DNA from: Ostrea edulis
Lineage: Eukaryota
DNA: 64,000 nucleotides
Assembly: GCF_947568905.1 (NCBI RefSeq)
Contig: NC_079170.1
Location: 1,860,001-1,924,000 of the forward strand
Direction of reading: 5' to 3'
Every line of letters begins with the position of its first letter. The stretch's first letter is position 1. This document shows, in pieces, positions 1 to 13,425 of this stretch. The notes under the pieces are model-generated. The model was given only the letters and a program-made list of their open reading frames with translations, was not told the origin of the DNA and ran no database searches. Position numbers and translations under genes: made by a program.

Positions 1-229
1 TTCTATGATGTTGATATACATGCCATCAACGTTTACCATCTTTTGGTCGCACATGCAATTTAGAAGTACCTCTCCAGAAAAAAAGAAAACAATTCATATC
101 GGAAGGAATAAGCATTTATTTATGTCGCTGAGTACATAGTTATTATTCGGTTTGCGCTGCAACTTTAATCCACGTCCAGTAGTAGTGGCTGCATGATTGC
201 AATGCCCTCTGTATCAACTTTCTTGGTGT

Positions 230-640
230 CTACTTATTTCTGAAAGAAAAAAACTAAGATACTTGTTTACATAAATTAATACCCCACTGTGTCCACTTAT
301 TGGGCTTCCCCCAATTAAATATAAAAACAAAATCTAGATACATTTACACCACATCATTCTATTTTCTATGGACTTTGCCCCGTCTTTAAAAAAATGTCAT
401 GTTTCTTACTTAATTTAAATTCTTTATGGTCCCAGGATTGGTTTAAAAAATGTTGTAGTGAAATGAAAAACATTATGAAATGTCAAGGTCAAACATTCTG
501 AGAATCAAAAAAGAATGATGTGGTGTTAATGTATCTAGATTTTCTTTTTACAGTTAATTGGGGGAAACCCCATAAGTGGATGCAGTGGGACATTAATTTA
601 TGTAAACAATTTTTAAAAAAAATACCAACAGAAATAAATC
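230..640. mobile_element. MITE-like foldback element with long inverted arms
   Basis: 263-362 (TTGTTTACATAAATTAATACCCCACTGTGTCCACTTAT...ACACCACATCATTCT) is an imperfect reverse complement of 511-609; weaker arm homology (TTATTTCTG/CAGAAATAA) extends to ~230/640. No coding capacity; no TSD identified. Confidence 0.55.
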
Positions 641-1495
641 AAAGTACTGAAAGTACTGAAAAGCGCTAAACTGACTTCATGAATTATGTCTGTAATGTAA
701 AAGAGCAGGAACAACAGTAAAAAAAACTTCATACGTTATTCGTTATTTTCGCACAAATGAATAATACATTTTCTGTAAGGAAATAACAAATATGGATTGG
801 ATACAATGTCCTGAAACTTTTTAACATGGTAAAATATAAACTTTATATAATGTTGTTAAAAACAATGGTCACTATAATAATTTTGGTCCCACCCGGAACT
901 AAAACCCCTGCATTGGATCATGAAATTTACAATATGGTAAAAAAAACCCACCTGCTCTTTTTAAATATCTATAATCAGAATACGTCAGTTTCGAGATACG
1001 TTCGAGTTATTTCCCTTTGAAGAACTCTCGTACATAATAAGGCGCGAAACAAATTGTTTACATGCGGGAGTGTGACGAATATTCATCACTGCATAAGTAA
1101 ATATATTCATTATTTTTTTCATATGCTTTTTCATCACCTGAAATCAACTGATACGCAAACTAAGTAAGTAATAAGAATTCAGGGAATAATTAAATACATG
1201 AATTCTTCTTATATCACGTGATTTCGTTTTTCATAGGTATCATACCCAGGGGTATTACTTTCAATATGACATTATTTTTATGTTTCTACTTTAGTAAACC
1301 ATTTCTTTTGATATTATTTTGTATTTTTTTCATTTACACATCTGAAGAGAAGGCATCTTTCATACATTTTATCGTCTTCCTCACTGACTGTAGGTTCATT
1401 CTGTCCCACTTAGGCACTCTAAGTTCTATTAAATGTACCTCCTGCACAGGAGGGCTCTTATCTCGAAACTAGCGTATTTAGTACTAATAGCATTA

Positions 1496-1833
1496 TCACC
1501 GCTGCTGTGGTCTAGAGGTAGAGTGTTCGCCCTGTATGCAGACGGTCGGGGTTAGAATCCCGGCCGCGACAGACCTAGGTCGTTATAACAGGTAGTGCCA
1601 GTTCCATCGCCAAACTCTCGGCATCAGGTGTCAATGTCATGGGTCCTCGGCGATGGCCTTCAAAACGGATGTTCCGTGTCACAGTAGGTGTGGTGCGCTA
1701 AAGAACCCTCACTGCTCAATGGCCGTATGCGCCGAACAAAGGCCTAAATTTTGCAGCCCATCAACGGTCTTGGTAACGTCTCCATATGAATTGAAAATTA
1801 TTGAGAGGGACGTTAAACAAGATACAGTAAACC
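1496..1833 (+). mobile_element. tRNA-derived SINE with 10-bp target-site duplication
   Basis: Pol III A-box-like TGGTCTAGAGG and B-box-like GGTTAGAATCCC in the head; central block CCGTGTCACAGTAGGTGTGG...TAAAGAACCCTC; flanked by direct repeat AATAGCATTA at 1486-1495 and 1834-1843. Confidence 0.75.
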
Positions 1834-4800
1834 AATAGCATTAAAGGCTATCTTAATCAAATATGTACACATAAACACTTTATACCCAGTTTGGTCCCAC
1901 CCATCTTCCCAAATCTAGGGTTTCTAATCCGCGACGCCGCGGCCCCCAACCTGGATCATGAAATGATCTACATGACTAAGCAATTGTTTCTTACAAATGT
2001 GATGTAGAGAAGAATAGTTTTGGAAATTTGTCAAGTTTTGGCAGAAAATGCAAAAACAGTTGTAATGGTAGTTTTCGGTAAAAAGTGTTCAACTGTCATT
2101 ACGCAACTAATTTACTGTTGTGTTCCAGTTTAATAATATATGCAATATTTGTAGAATACAACTAAAATGAAAGGAATCTATAGTTTGATACATACATGTA
2201 TGTCAAATAATAATAGAAACAAACAAACAAGTGGACAAAAAAGAAAAATACACATAACCACATACACTAACGAAGAAATGCCACTGATATTCATGTCAAA
2301 ACAAACTAGTAATGCAGGCCTATGAAACACTTCATTTCATCCATTCATCACCTCACCGGATAAAATTTAAATGCACACATAAATATACATCTGTATGACT
2401 TGTACTACAGAATCCAGTGTATAATTATCTGCATATGGCAATCAAACCATGGAAGCAGAATTATTTTTTGTAATCCATAATGAAGTTGATTTCAATTCAA
2501 AATCGGGTTGGAGAGAATGTGAATCCAAATAAGTAAGATAAATACATGTATAACTAAAAACAAAATTTAGGAAGTTATTTAAAAAAGAAGTTCATCATAC
2601 ATATGCAATATTAAGGATGTTCTCTCCTGGTTTGACTTTTTTCAGAAGTATCAAACTTTTTTGATAAACCATTTTAATTCATACATCTTTATCCGAAATA
2701 CATTTAAAACATAAAAAAGAGTATGTTAGTGTGGACTTTAAAGAATTACAGCCCCTCAAAGTTGCCCCTTTGCTGAAACTTAATTTTTCATGAAAATCAC
2801 CAATTTTCACAAGAAACACACTATAAAACAAACAATAAGGACAGAATAATCTTGGCTTTCTTTTATTTTATGAAAATTAAGCATAAATTATTATTTCAAT
2901 AACTTTTACATAAAATACATCACCAATTCTACAAAAAATTAAGTATTAATTAACGTAATTGTATAAAATATCACACATATTTGAAGACCTATTTCATCAA
3001 AAAATTCAACCTAGGGAGAATATCTGTATCAAACTTTTTCTGAAATTACTAATGTAGATTTGAATCATATTTTTGCTTTATTTAAATGAAAAAAAAAATG
3101 TGCGGGGCAGTGTGCATTGGAACAAAGATTTGAACCATTTTGTGTTCGCACCCCCTTCTTACACTGGCATACATTCTAAACAATAACAATATACGATTTG
3201 TTTTAAAATGTGTGTTTTTCAATTCATATTTACAAATTCTATATATTTATTTCATTATATGATAAGTAATCAGAAAACATAAATAATATATGCATATATA
3301 AAATACTAATTCATTTACAACTACAGAATGTGTAAAAAATATGCCCCCGCATCAGCATTTTCTAATTTCCATGCACTGTGACCTTGATTTTTGACCTTCT
3401 GACCTCAAAATTGACAGGCATCTTCATTTCTTTGTATGTATCCTTATGTCCAAATTTGGTTTGAATAGAATGCAAAGTACTTGAGTTATTATCCAGAAAC
3501 TAGTTTTAACAGTCAACTTCCATGTGGCCATGAGGAAGAAATCTGCACTTCCTGGTATGGTTTTTCATATGATGATAGCACGACTCATCCCTCTCACTGT
3601 GGTTACCAAATGGATGTAGCTAAAAAGCAAACATTGGAACTCAATTTCTATCAATACTGTAAATTCTTAACAATAGAACAGAATATACTATTAGGTTTAC
3701 CACCAGACTGCTAATACACCAACTTCAACTAACTCCAATTTTTTGTCTAGCCAGGGATTATGTATTAATGCCTTGCTCAACAAATTGTCACTCTAAAAGA
3801 ATTTCTTATGCAAAATGTTATATATGAATCTGTTAGTGTATAAATGACTGTTTATGAAATATACATATATGCTGAAATTCTAATCAGGATTTTTTTTTTA
3901 AATGTACATTTTCAATACCCTATAAACACATTTTTACATTATTAAAACGTTTTGACAATTACACTTTGAAGGAATTTAATTAAAATAAAATTTTGATAAA
4001 ATAATTTAATTTTCCAGAACTGATTAAAAACAAATTATCAATCTAGTAGCACAAAAGAAACATATCTATACATGTATATGTAGTCAACAAAATTATCTTT
4101 TGTTTTAACTAATTTGTACAAGAATGACACGCCATAATTCTGTAGATTGGAGAAACCCCCCTTTTCCCTTGAACTCCTTTTAATGAATTAAATTCGCTGT
4201 ATACTTTGACGATTTTTTAAAACAATGATCTAGATTACACTTTTTAATCAAAATGATGCTTCAATAATGATACATTGAACGTTAGGAGCGAAATTCGTTC
4301 ATGACCGACTAGGCGGGATCGGGAATATCCCTTATCAATTAATACAAATCTACATAGTTTGTAGATTTTATTTTCATAAAAAATATTCTTGTATATTGAA
4401 AAACTTACGAATTCATTCAATACTATATCAGTAGCATTTGATTCGGGTACTACATCGCTAACATCCTTCCATTTCCCCCTCTCGTCTGACACTGTACAGT
4501 ACTGTAGTGTGTCACCATGTGCGTGGTGGTGCCTGCGTGTCTGTAATTTTCTTTGTCTGCCACTCACTTGTGAGAATATTAGATGCAGACTGTTCTATAA
4601 CTGCCGTTTTACTTCATGTATGTTTCTGGACTGCTTTCGAATAGACTAAATGCGACATCGTACAGTGTGCGTCTTCGAGCTCGGGTTTGTTTACAATCGT
4701 AACGTCATCATGAATGTCGTAAAATGAGAAAATAAGTAAAAAATGGTCATGTTTTAATTAATTTTTGCAAGTTTATTAACATTACTTACAAATAAAAACA

Positions 4801-6656
4801 GATATTAATGTTCTTCTTTGTGCATACGAAATAAAACACACGCATCCCCATAGTTACGACTTTAAAAAGTATGGAGACTCACTCGCAGTAAAAGTACCAC
4901 GAGAGTACACCCTTAATAACTTTGAAACTGAATGCTGCGTTATATCAACAAGAGTGGAAAGAGCTCATTTCTAACATGAAAGTTAGTTCAAGAGGATATA
5001 CTAAATCGACTATGATAAATTGGGCTAACATATATAGATGGATTTACATTTAGGCATTGTAGTGGTTGTTTTTATACATAAATTAAAAAAAAAACAACCA
5101 AGAGTTTGTACACAGGTACATTAAACACTGTACTCATCAACACGTGTGTATTGCACTTTTTGTGTAAAAGCTCATTCATATTGCAAAGTAACCTCATCTG
5201 TTTGTCTGAATGAGACATAATACACATTGCTATAGTTTGAATTTTATAAAACAGTTCTCTATATGAAAATGCAAATAACCTTAGCAAAAAAGCATAATAT
5301 TCGCTACTTGCGAAGATGGTGTAGGAGTTATAATACGAAAAAACGTAACAGAAGTAACTCGCAATAAATATATAATATTTACAACATGTAAATGTATAAG
5401 CTCAATGAGAATCTCAAACTAGGAACTTAAACGTTGCAAAAGTAATTTTCAAACGGTAATGTTGAAACCACTTTTAGAAATAAAGAAGAGACATCTCCCC
5501 ACAAAACTAAATGCATTTTTATATGAAAAGATCGTTCAACGAAAACAAATTGTGGGACAGGTAACAACGACGGTAAAACCATACCCCCTTCCCTTCCTTC
5601 ACCCTTTGTACGTTCGGAAATACATGTAGCATGTACCTGTCATGCTCATTTGTTTTGTTTGAAGTACAAACAAATTGAAAACACGATTACTTTTCATTGT
5701 GTGTAGCGTGATGTGGACCGCAAACCGTTTTACATTCATGCTTGACACAATGGCAATGTTTATCTAACACTTGTTCTAACCATATGTATTTCAGTAAACA
5801 ACCCTCGTAAAATCCCGGGCAGTGTTTTGAAGAACTTGAAACCGGGGCATTGTCTTCCATAAACGTATATCTATAATTTTGTACCTTTTGTCTTTTCTCT
5901 CCCCCAATATCATTGTTTTCAGTCTCATGTTTGAAACTAAATAACGACATCAAATTTGATTGTGTTGACGTTGATTCTGAAGAATACATTGGTCGTTTAG
6001 AAATAGTAAGGTAAGCCTAAGTTACACCGTTACATCCTCTAAATTCCTGCATGTCCTACATATATGATCGGGGGAGATGTAGTCAGTTACGCAATATAGT
6101 CCCTCTGAGACACCGATCTCTGTCCTTCGCTGTCAAAACATAATGGTGCACACGATCGACGTGGATCAAATAATTTTTTTACCGTGTTGCACACATTTTT
6201 GCTGTGTCGGACAAAATTTTTACTGAGTCGGAACAGCAGTCAAAACACAAATGGAAAACCCTCATGATTCGTGCAGAGCTTAATGACGAGGCTTCTAATT
6301 ATAATCATGCAAAAGTATTGATTTCTTGACCTATAAGCGCTATGCGAAGGTAACAATGCAAAGGCATCCTAGCCAAAACGGTTTCATGTACAGATTCGTA
6401 TTCATTTTTAGATTTTGAATTACTTAATAATCACTTTAATTATTACAGACGCAGATTCAAACGGGAATGACCTGCTTCTTGCCCCAATTTCCCCCAAAAT
6501 GAGGACAAAAAATGTCACCATTTTATACATACTTTATCCACTGTCCAACGAACTGTATGTCCGGCGAAAAATGCCCCTTCAAATATGTATGATATCCCCG
6601 TACTAGATCAGTTGCAAAATTACAACTACTTTAAACACAACTTGTTTACTACAGCA

Positions 6657-6660
<4 letters not shown>

Positions 6661-6703
<43 letters not shown>
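6661..6703. repeat. (AG)n microsatellite
   Basis: Pure AG run. Confidence 0.95.
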
Positions 6704-6708
<5 letters not shown>

Positions 6709-7401
6709 ACTTTTAAAAGCTTTGAACGCAAATGGAAAGAATATCAAGCATAAAAATATATAAATCATTCAAATTACCAAGGACACGAACAAGTAGATTA
6801 TCAGGTCGACCTCCCCCTTCCTGGAGACAGACGAGAACGCTTTATAGCAATAAAAATCTACAAAATAGCTACCACAAAATATACTAACGTATATACAGTG
6901 TAAGGTACATGTTTATTGCTTTGTATTGCTAACTTACAATTTACAACAGCAAATGTAATCATTGTTTGTAGTTTTCTTTTATTCATATTGACAATTTACA
7001 ATCGCAAATACAATCTATAGGCAATAGCAAATTAAATTTCTATGCAAATGCAGATTATATCTATAAACTATGGCAGATAAGTATACTCGTAGATAGTATA
7101 ACTTATACGGAAATGAATGAACGTGCAGATAATGAACAATAATCAATCTTATAACTAGTAGAAGAATACAAAATAGATGGTTGGGCAAAAACAGATCCCT
7201 GAATGGGATCAAGTGTCTAGGAGGAGTAAGCATACAGTTGAAATACTAAAAAAAACATTAATCACTATACAATTCCACTACAATGTAAACAATAAGATGA
7301 ATCACAATACAAATTCACAGCAATAGGAACACACAGTGATATTTAACACAAACTTAAAAAATGTAAGCACAACCAATGTCATCAAAATATTATGGAACCT
7401 T

Positions 7402-7619
7402 TTGATATGGTCAATGAACATAATTATACACTATATTCAGAAAGATTTGGTTCTGTTGATATTGTCAACGACCATAATTATACACTATATTCAGAAGGAT
7501 TTGGTTCTGTTGATATGGTTAACGATCATAACTATACACTATATTCAGAAGGATTTGGTTCTGTTGAGTTGGTCAATGACCATAATTATACACTATACTC
7601 AGAAGTATTTGGTTCTGTT
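7402..7619. repeat. 54-bp minisatellite, ~4 copies, ~200 bp downstream of the TLR copy 1 stop codon
   Basis: Unit approx. TTGATATGGTCAATGACCATAATTATACACTATATTCAGAAGGATTTGGTTCTG; seen as the 18-aa repeat VNDHNYTLYSEGFGSVDM in the ORF track. Confidence 0.9.
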
Positions 7620-7823
7620 CATCTCAGGCACTGCTCATTTTCCTGGTTTTGATGTGATTCGCAGAAAAAAAATCAAGATTTAAACAACAAATCACAACTC
7701 TTCTGATATACATGTATGTTAATGCTCCTTTTGTTAGTATGCTCGACATAGATCTGATTAGTTATACATTGTACGGAATGATTTAGATATAGTTTCAATG
7801 GGAAACTCATTGGAAGACGAAAG

Positions 7824-10414
7824 TCACTGTTTACGCAAGGCATCCGCCACATTTTCCCAAAAGTTGTTCATCACCCGTACTTGATCAAACTCTGGCCATC
7901 TTATACTGAATATACACCACCAGATATATCGCAAGTCTTTCGGCATTCTTTCTATTGGAATGTTGTCCTTGATAATCACTATGATGGAACGTTTTCGACG
8001 GTTATGAAAGGCATGGGTCACTGCCATCTGGACGGCGTACGAATTCCAACCACTGTCTAGGAAATTTTCTGTAACGACAAACACTACTTTTCGACTGTCG
8101 TCAATACATTCCACCAGCTGTTCAGCTTTCCATACTCCAGGAATGAAGTCTTTCTCGGGAAAGCTAATTTGAAATCCTAAATTTGTCAGCTCTTCATACA
8201 TTGTTGTGCTAACCAGCTGGTAGTCATCTTCAGAGTAGGATATGAAAGCATCAAACTGGAAGGTCTTACTCTCTTCTGAATACATTACACCTTTCCATCT
8301 GTTACGCAGGCGTAGAATGATGTAGTCGACATGTACACGATATCTCTTTATGATAATTGTTACTACCATACCAATTGTTACAAAAAACAACATACAGGAA
8401 GAAATCATTAACCACATTCCAGTTTGACATTTCTTTTCAAAAACAGCAAATTGTCTTCCTTGAAGTAGTCCTGAAAAATTCAATGATTTTTCGATGCACA
8501 TTGTTTCATTCAAATCGCCAAAAAGTTCTTGATTATTCTTTATTAGTTGAAGAGAAGATATATCGCTACAGTCGCAGTCAAAAATGTTCCCTTTAATGAA
8601 AGTTTTCGCATATTTTAGACTCTGAAGTACATAAAAATCAGATGTTTTCAATGACTTAATTTTGTTGTTTTGAATGTTTAAATATTTTAAGTTTCGTAAA
8701 TACGTCACTGTAGTGGGAATACGCGAAAGAAGATTGCCTTTAAGGTTAAGGGAATGTAACTTTGCTTGTTCCTTTAATAAAGTGGATGGAAGATGATGAA
8801 TGAAATTGTTCTCTAGATCTAACAGTTGTAGATTCTTAAGACCATACAATAAAGTTTTCCAGCTTAAAGAAAATATTAAATCGGAATTTGTATTTGACGC
8901 TCGAAAGGTTTTTAATTTTGTTGACGTTTTTAAAATTGAAATATTGGTGCAGTTATTGTTGGAAATGTTTAGGATCTCTAGAAGAGGAAAGTCGACTTCC
9001 GCAATCCTACTACATGGGAGATTTGTTTCGGTCAGGTCCAGCTCTTTCAGAGATTTGCCTACAATTTTCAACTGAAATTCATAAGAATCAGATATATCGT
9101 GAAGGCAGTTGTTAGAAAACCGTAAAACTTTCAACATTTTTGATAAAGTGAATGTAATATTTGGATTCAAAATCGAACTGTCCAACAATGAGACGTTGAT
9201 TCTTTTTCTAATACATTTATTATTATTAAAACTAGCATCAATATACTGAAGGTTGGGGTAATTTGTCAATAAGTCTATTACATAACGCGGTTCCAAATGC
9301 ATAATACTATTGTTGGAAATGTCCAAATATTCAATACATCTTCCAAGATTTGTTTTAAAAAAATCGAAAGAAATCCCTGCAATTCGGTTGTTCCTAGCAT
9401 GGAATTTCTGTACGCAGATGTTTGACAAATATTTACTATTATTCCGATTCAACAATAATTGATTCCGGAAAACAGATGGAACATTTGAACTTATGTATAT
9501 TTCTACAATTGTTCTATTTTGCAAACACTTTAACGCTCTCAGCGCTGCATTCAAGTCACATCGACCTCCAAAATTCATTTCTATCCTCAACAGAACAGGA
9601 AAAGAGCATAGGATATCTTCACTGACGTTACATAGTACGTGATCCTTAAAATCCATTGTCAGATTGTAGATGGGAGATTCCGATAATCCACTGAACGTGT
9701 TGTTGTGTAAATAGAAAATGGATGGAGTTGGGTAGAATTTCAGTTTACTTAACTGCTTTAAACGTTTGAATTTGCTTCTGAATCTAAATCCTTCAAACAC
9801 GTCGATGTGCAATTCTGTTAAAGACGATAGTCGTGATAGTTCGTTCTCCGGATAGCTATAATTAGAAACGTGTCTATAAAATTCATTGCCATGTATGTAG
9901 AGAATTTTCAGTTCACCCAGATACGAAAATGACCACCTTCTTGGAGTGTCTAGCTTCAAGTTGCAAAACGAAAGGTCAAGAACGCACAGCCTAGGAATAC
10001 GTTTGAAAGAAAGTCTATCTATGCATTTTATGTCATTGTTCTTCAAATATAATGCTGAAACATTCCTTAATAAAGTTGTTTTGATACCTGCAAAAGTTTC
10101 TGATGATATCAAAGTAAAGTTATTGCTTGAAAGGTCAATAGATACTTTTTCACCCTTAAACATTGTATTGAAATCAAGAGGAAATTTGTCATAGTTGAGG
10201 TGACTGCAATCCCACAACCAACCCAGGTTTCCACACTCATCTCTCTGATGCGTAACTTTACAAATTTGTCCTCTACTCTTAGTCACAGCTGAAATTAAAT
10301 TTTAAAAGTGATATTCAACAGACTGTAATTTATTAAATTCAAAGTTTAAAAATAATGTAAAGACTCACAGGAAATTTGAAACATCATAATGATATAGCAG
10401 ATAATCCTCTTCAT
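7824..10414 (-). CDS. TLR: Toll-like receptor, copy 1; two exons: complement(join(7824..10288,10369..10414)), 836 aa
   Basis: Exon 1 encodes signal peptide MKRIICYIIMMFQIS; donor T|GTGAGT at 10368, 80-bp intron, acceptor TTTCAG at 10290-10289 (in-frame TAA just upstream, so the ORF-track GTG start is spurious). Exon 2: LRRs (LxxLxLxxN), LRRCT (GNIFDCDC...C...C), TM (WLMISSCMLFFVTIGMVVTIII), TIR with box 1 FDAFISYS, BB-loop EKDFIPG, box 3 FW. Confidence 0.93.
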
Positions 10415-11011
10415 TTTCGTAATCCTGTGCATAATGACGTTCTTTCTCAAAATGAACTACTTCTGTTATTGTCAAAACGTCAGCAATTAGGTATCAGGTA
10501 TTTCCTTTTCAATTTCAATTCAGGAACTATTTGGAAAAATGAAACTGGAAAAAAAATATCAAAGACGTCCATGAATAATAGCGAAAAATTATATCAGTAT
10601 CAATGCAGCAAATACTAATCTTTACGGGAATCGGAAATTATTTTCATTTAACGCTTACTTGGAACAAATGGTGCCTATATTTTTTTTAGTAAATCATTCA
10701 TTGAGAAACAAGAGATTTATAGGTACTTCAGTACCATCCAATCAAAACTGAAACACGTGGTTTATGACCATGTTAAATTATAACGCGTCTCCAGCTACAG
10801 CTACCATTATCAGACCAGTTCATTTTGCAACAAATCCGTTATAAAATTTTATTATCATCCAATAAAGATAAGTACTTGAATGCGCGTTATGTTGAATAAA
10901 TATGTTGACGGTTACAAATCTTTATGAAAAAGATCATGGTAACTAACAGTGCCAAACAGCATAACACCTTTAAAAAGAACTACAAAGCTCTGAGTAAAGG
11001 AAACACGAACC

Positions 11012-11014
<3 letters not shown>

Positions 11015-11069
<55 letters not shown>
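11015..11069. repeat. (TA)n microsatellite
   Basis: Pure TA run abutting a PLE terminus. Confidence 0.95.
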
Positions 11070-11071
<2 letters not shown>

Positions 11072-11072
<1 letters not shown>

Positions 11073-11206
11073 AGGTGACGATAACGAACAGTGATCAATC
11101 TCATAACTCCTACAAGCAATACAAAATAGATAGTTGGGCAAACACGGACCCCTGGACACACCAGAGGTGGGATCAGGTGCCTAGGAGGGGTAAGCATCCC
11201 CTGTTA
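11072..11206 (-). mobile_element. 3'-terminal fragment of the abundant Penelope-like retroelement family
   Basis: Starts at the family's fixed terminus AAGGTGA(A/C)GATAACGAACAGTGATCAATCTCATAACTCC; the same sequence follows PLE-type RT coding sequence at 37325-37875 and 21519-21822. Confidence 0.8.
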
Positions 11207-11299
11207 GATAGATATATATATATATATATATTGGAAATTCGAAATGACAAAAAACTTTTAAATATACATATTTATATATAGAGAAAAAACTCCAATCAA

Positions 11300-12074
11300 A
11301 CTTATAAACGATGGGATCAAGAAAGCCAGATAACTCAATAGAGAAAATCTTATCAATGCATCCAAAATCAGTCCCACAACAAATTCACACATTTTACCGT
11401 TTGTTACAACATACAACCCAAGGAATTCTAATGTTACACCTATCGTTCGGCAACTCAACGACCTACTAAAAACAGATGAAAAAATGGGGGAAATTATGAA
11501 GAAATTACTTTTGTCAACAGCAAGAGACAACCGAAAAATCTTAAGAGACTGTTATATAAATCTAATTTTTTTTCACCATTACCAAATGTGACGATCGGCA
11601 ATGCATACTTAAGGGAATGAAATTCGTTCAAATTTAACAAGTAATTTACGGTACATTCAGATATGACGTGCTCCACCAAAAATTTAATATATGTTATAAC
11701 ATGTGCTGGCTGTGGAAAACATTATATCGGTAAAACTGGAACTACTCTGCGAGCTCATATACGAGTTCATAAACAACACATTTCAGCAACCGAATACAGA
11801 AAAATTAAAGTTAGTGAACATATAGATGTGTGTGGCCACGGACAATTCGGTGTATTTCCGTTTTATAAACTGTATGCAGAAAATACTATTTCCCGACGAG
11901 AAAAAGAAAGGCGCTTTATTAAGACTTTAAAACCGGTTCTCAATAGCTTACTGTGAAATATGTTTACTTTTATTATCTATGACGTCATAATTTGCTAAAA
12001 GTAAAAACCTTTTCCCTTCATTTGTTTATGACGTCGTTATGTTCGTGAAATTTTAATTACGCCTTTATGACATC
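11300..12074 (+). mobile_element. Penelope-like element 3' part with GIY-YIG endonuclease (ORF 11663-11956), upstream frame disrupted
   Basis: NLIYVITCAGCGKHYIGKTGTTLRAHIRVH is a GIY-YIG motif with CxxC; upstream LPFVTTYNPRN...LKRLLYKS resembles the RT-EN linker of EN-positive PLEs. Runs into the assembly gap. Confidence 0.8.
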
Positions 12075-12251
12075 NNNNNNNNNNNNNNNNNNNNNNNNNN
12101 NNNNNNNNNNNNNNNNNNNNNNNNNNNNNNNNNNNNNNNNNNNNNNNNNNNNNNNNNNNNNNNNNNNNNNNNNNNNNNNNNNNNNNNNNNNNNNNNNNNN
12201 NNNNNNNNNNNNNNNNNNNNNNNNNNNNNNNNNNNNNNNNNNNNNNNNNNN
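12075..12251. other. Assembly gap (N run)
   Basis: 177 consecutive N. Confidence 1.
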
Positions 12252-13292
12252 TATTTTTAACGTTTAGCTATGTGTGACGTAAAGCCACTATGTTACTAAA
12301 TGTAGAGCTTAAAGATTTGAAATGAAAGCACTAAAGCTTTGCTAAACGTCTTTGTGTAACTTTTTTTATCTTTAAAGCTATACTATTACAGATCATTACG
12401 AAAATTAATTACTCTCTCTCATAATTTCTCTCTCATTATATATAGGGTGTGTATGTGTGTATTTATGTATGTATGGGTGTGCGTGGATGCGTGTATGCGT
12501 GTGCGTGTGCGTGCACTTATGTGTGTGTGTGTGTGTAAGGTGAAGATAACGAACAGAGATCAATTTCATAACTCTCACAACGGATATAATATAACGAGTT
12601 GAGCAAATACGAATCCCTGGACATACCAGAGGGATTAGATCCCAAAAGGTTCCGTTATCATCTAAAACCGTTCTTTCCCTTAAAGTGTTTGCTCTCATAT
12701 GGTCATTCAGATATCGCGCGTCAGTCAGTCACAGTAGGTCGACTCGGCGCTAGATCAAAGTGGACAAAGAATTCATGCACTAATAGCTGCTTTTGAATCG
12801 ATACAATATACTATAGTTGCACAAGACTAGAAGTTACAGAATTCAAATCTGTAAAAGTTTACAGACTATTTACCAATTCACCTCGACACTGAAGAACAGA
12901 TTTTTATTTCAGGTTAAAAGGGAAATCGATTTTCAACAAAGGTTATGAAATGAAATAAGCTTACTGGAGAAGTAAATAAGTGAAATAGATTTTCCATTTT
13001 GAAACCAAAATAAATCAATGAATAACGATGTCACTGTTGATGAAAAGACCGTGCATTTTTTTAATTTGTAGATGAAAGATTTTGAAAGAAACACAATGTA
13101 AGATTATAAGATCTGTGTTGAGTACGTGTAGTATACTTCTTAAAGTGATATGAATTTGACATGTTTTGCTGAAAGTGTTGAAAAATCAAAATGAGTTTGA
13201 TTACTTTTTAGTTAGTATTACAAGAAAGAAGGTATAAAGTGATGGAAACACTATCAGTCTACAGGAGAGTGGACATGGAGTCCACACTATGC

Positions 13293-13425
13293 AAGGTGAA
13301 GATAACGAACAGTGATCAATCTCATAACTCCTATAAGCAATACAAATAGATAGTTGGGCAAACACGGACCCCTGGACACATCAGAGGTGGGATCAGGTGC
13401 CTAGGAGGAGTAAGCATCCCCTGTT
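13293..13425 (-). mobile_element. PLE 3'-terminal fragment
   Basis: AAGGTGAAGATAACG...CTAGGAGGAGTAAGCATCCCCTGTT, near-identical to 37325-37458. Confidence 0.8.

Noticed and set aside
2612-3026. Possible TTAA-type non-autonomous DNA transposon with imperfect terminal inverted repeats
   Set aside because: Arm match is short and degenerate, and no matching TSD is seen at the right end.
12320-12352. Degenerate hammerhead after the gap (GCACTAAAGCTTTGCTAAACGTC)
   Set aside because: Both CUGANGA and GAAA cores are absent; the resemblance is too weak.
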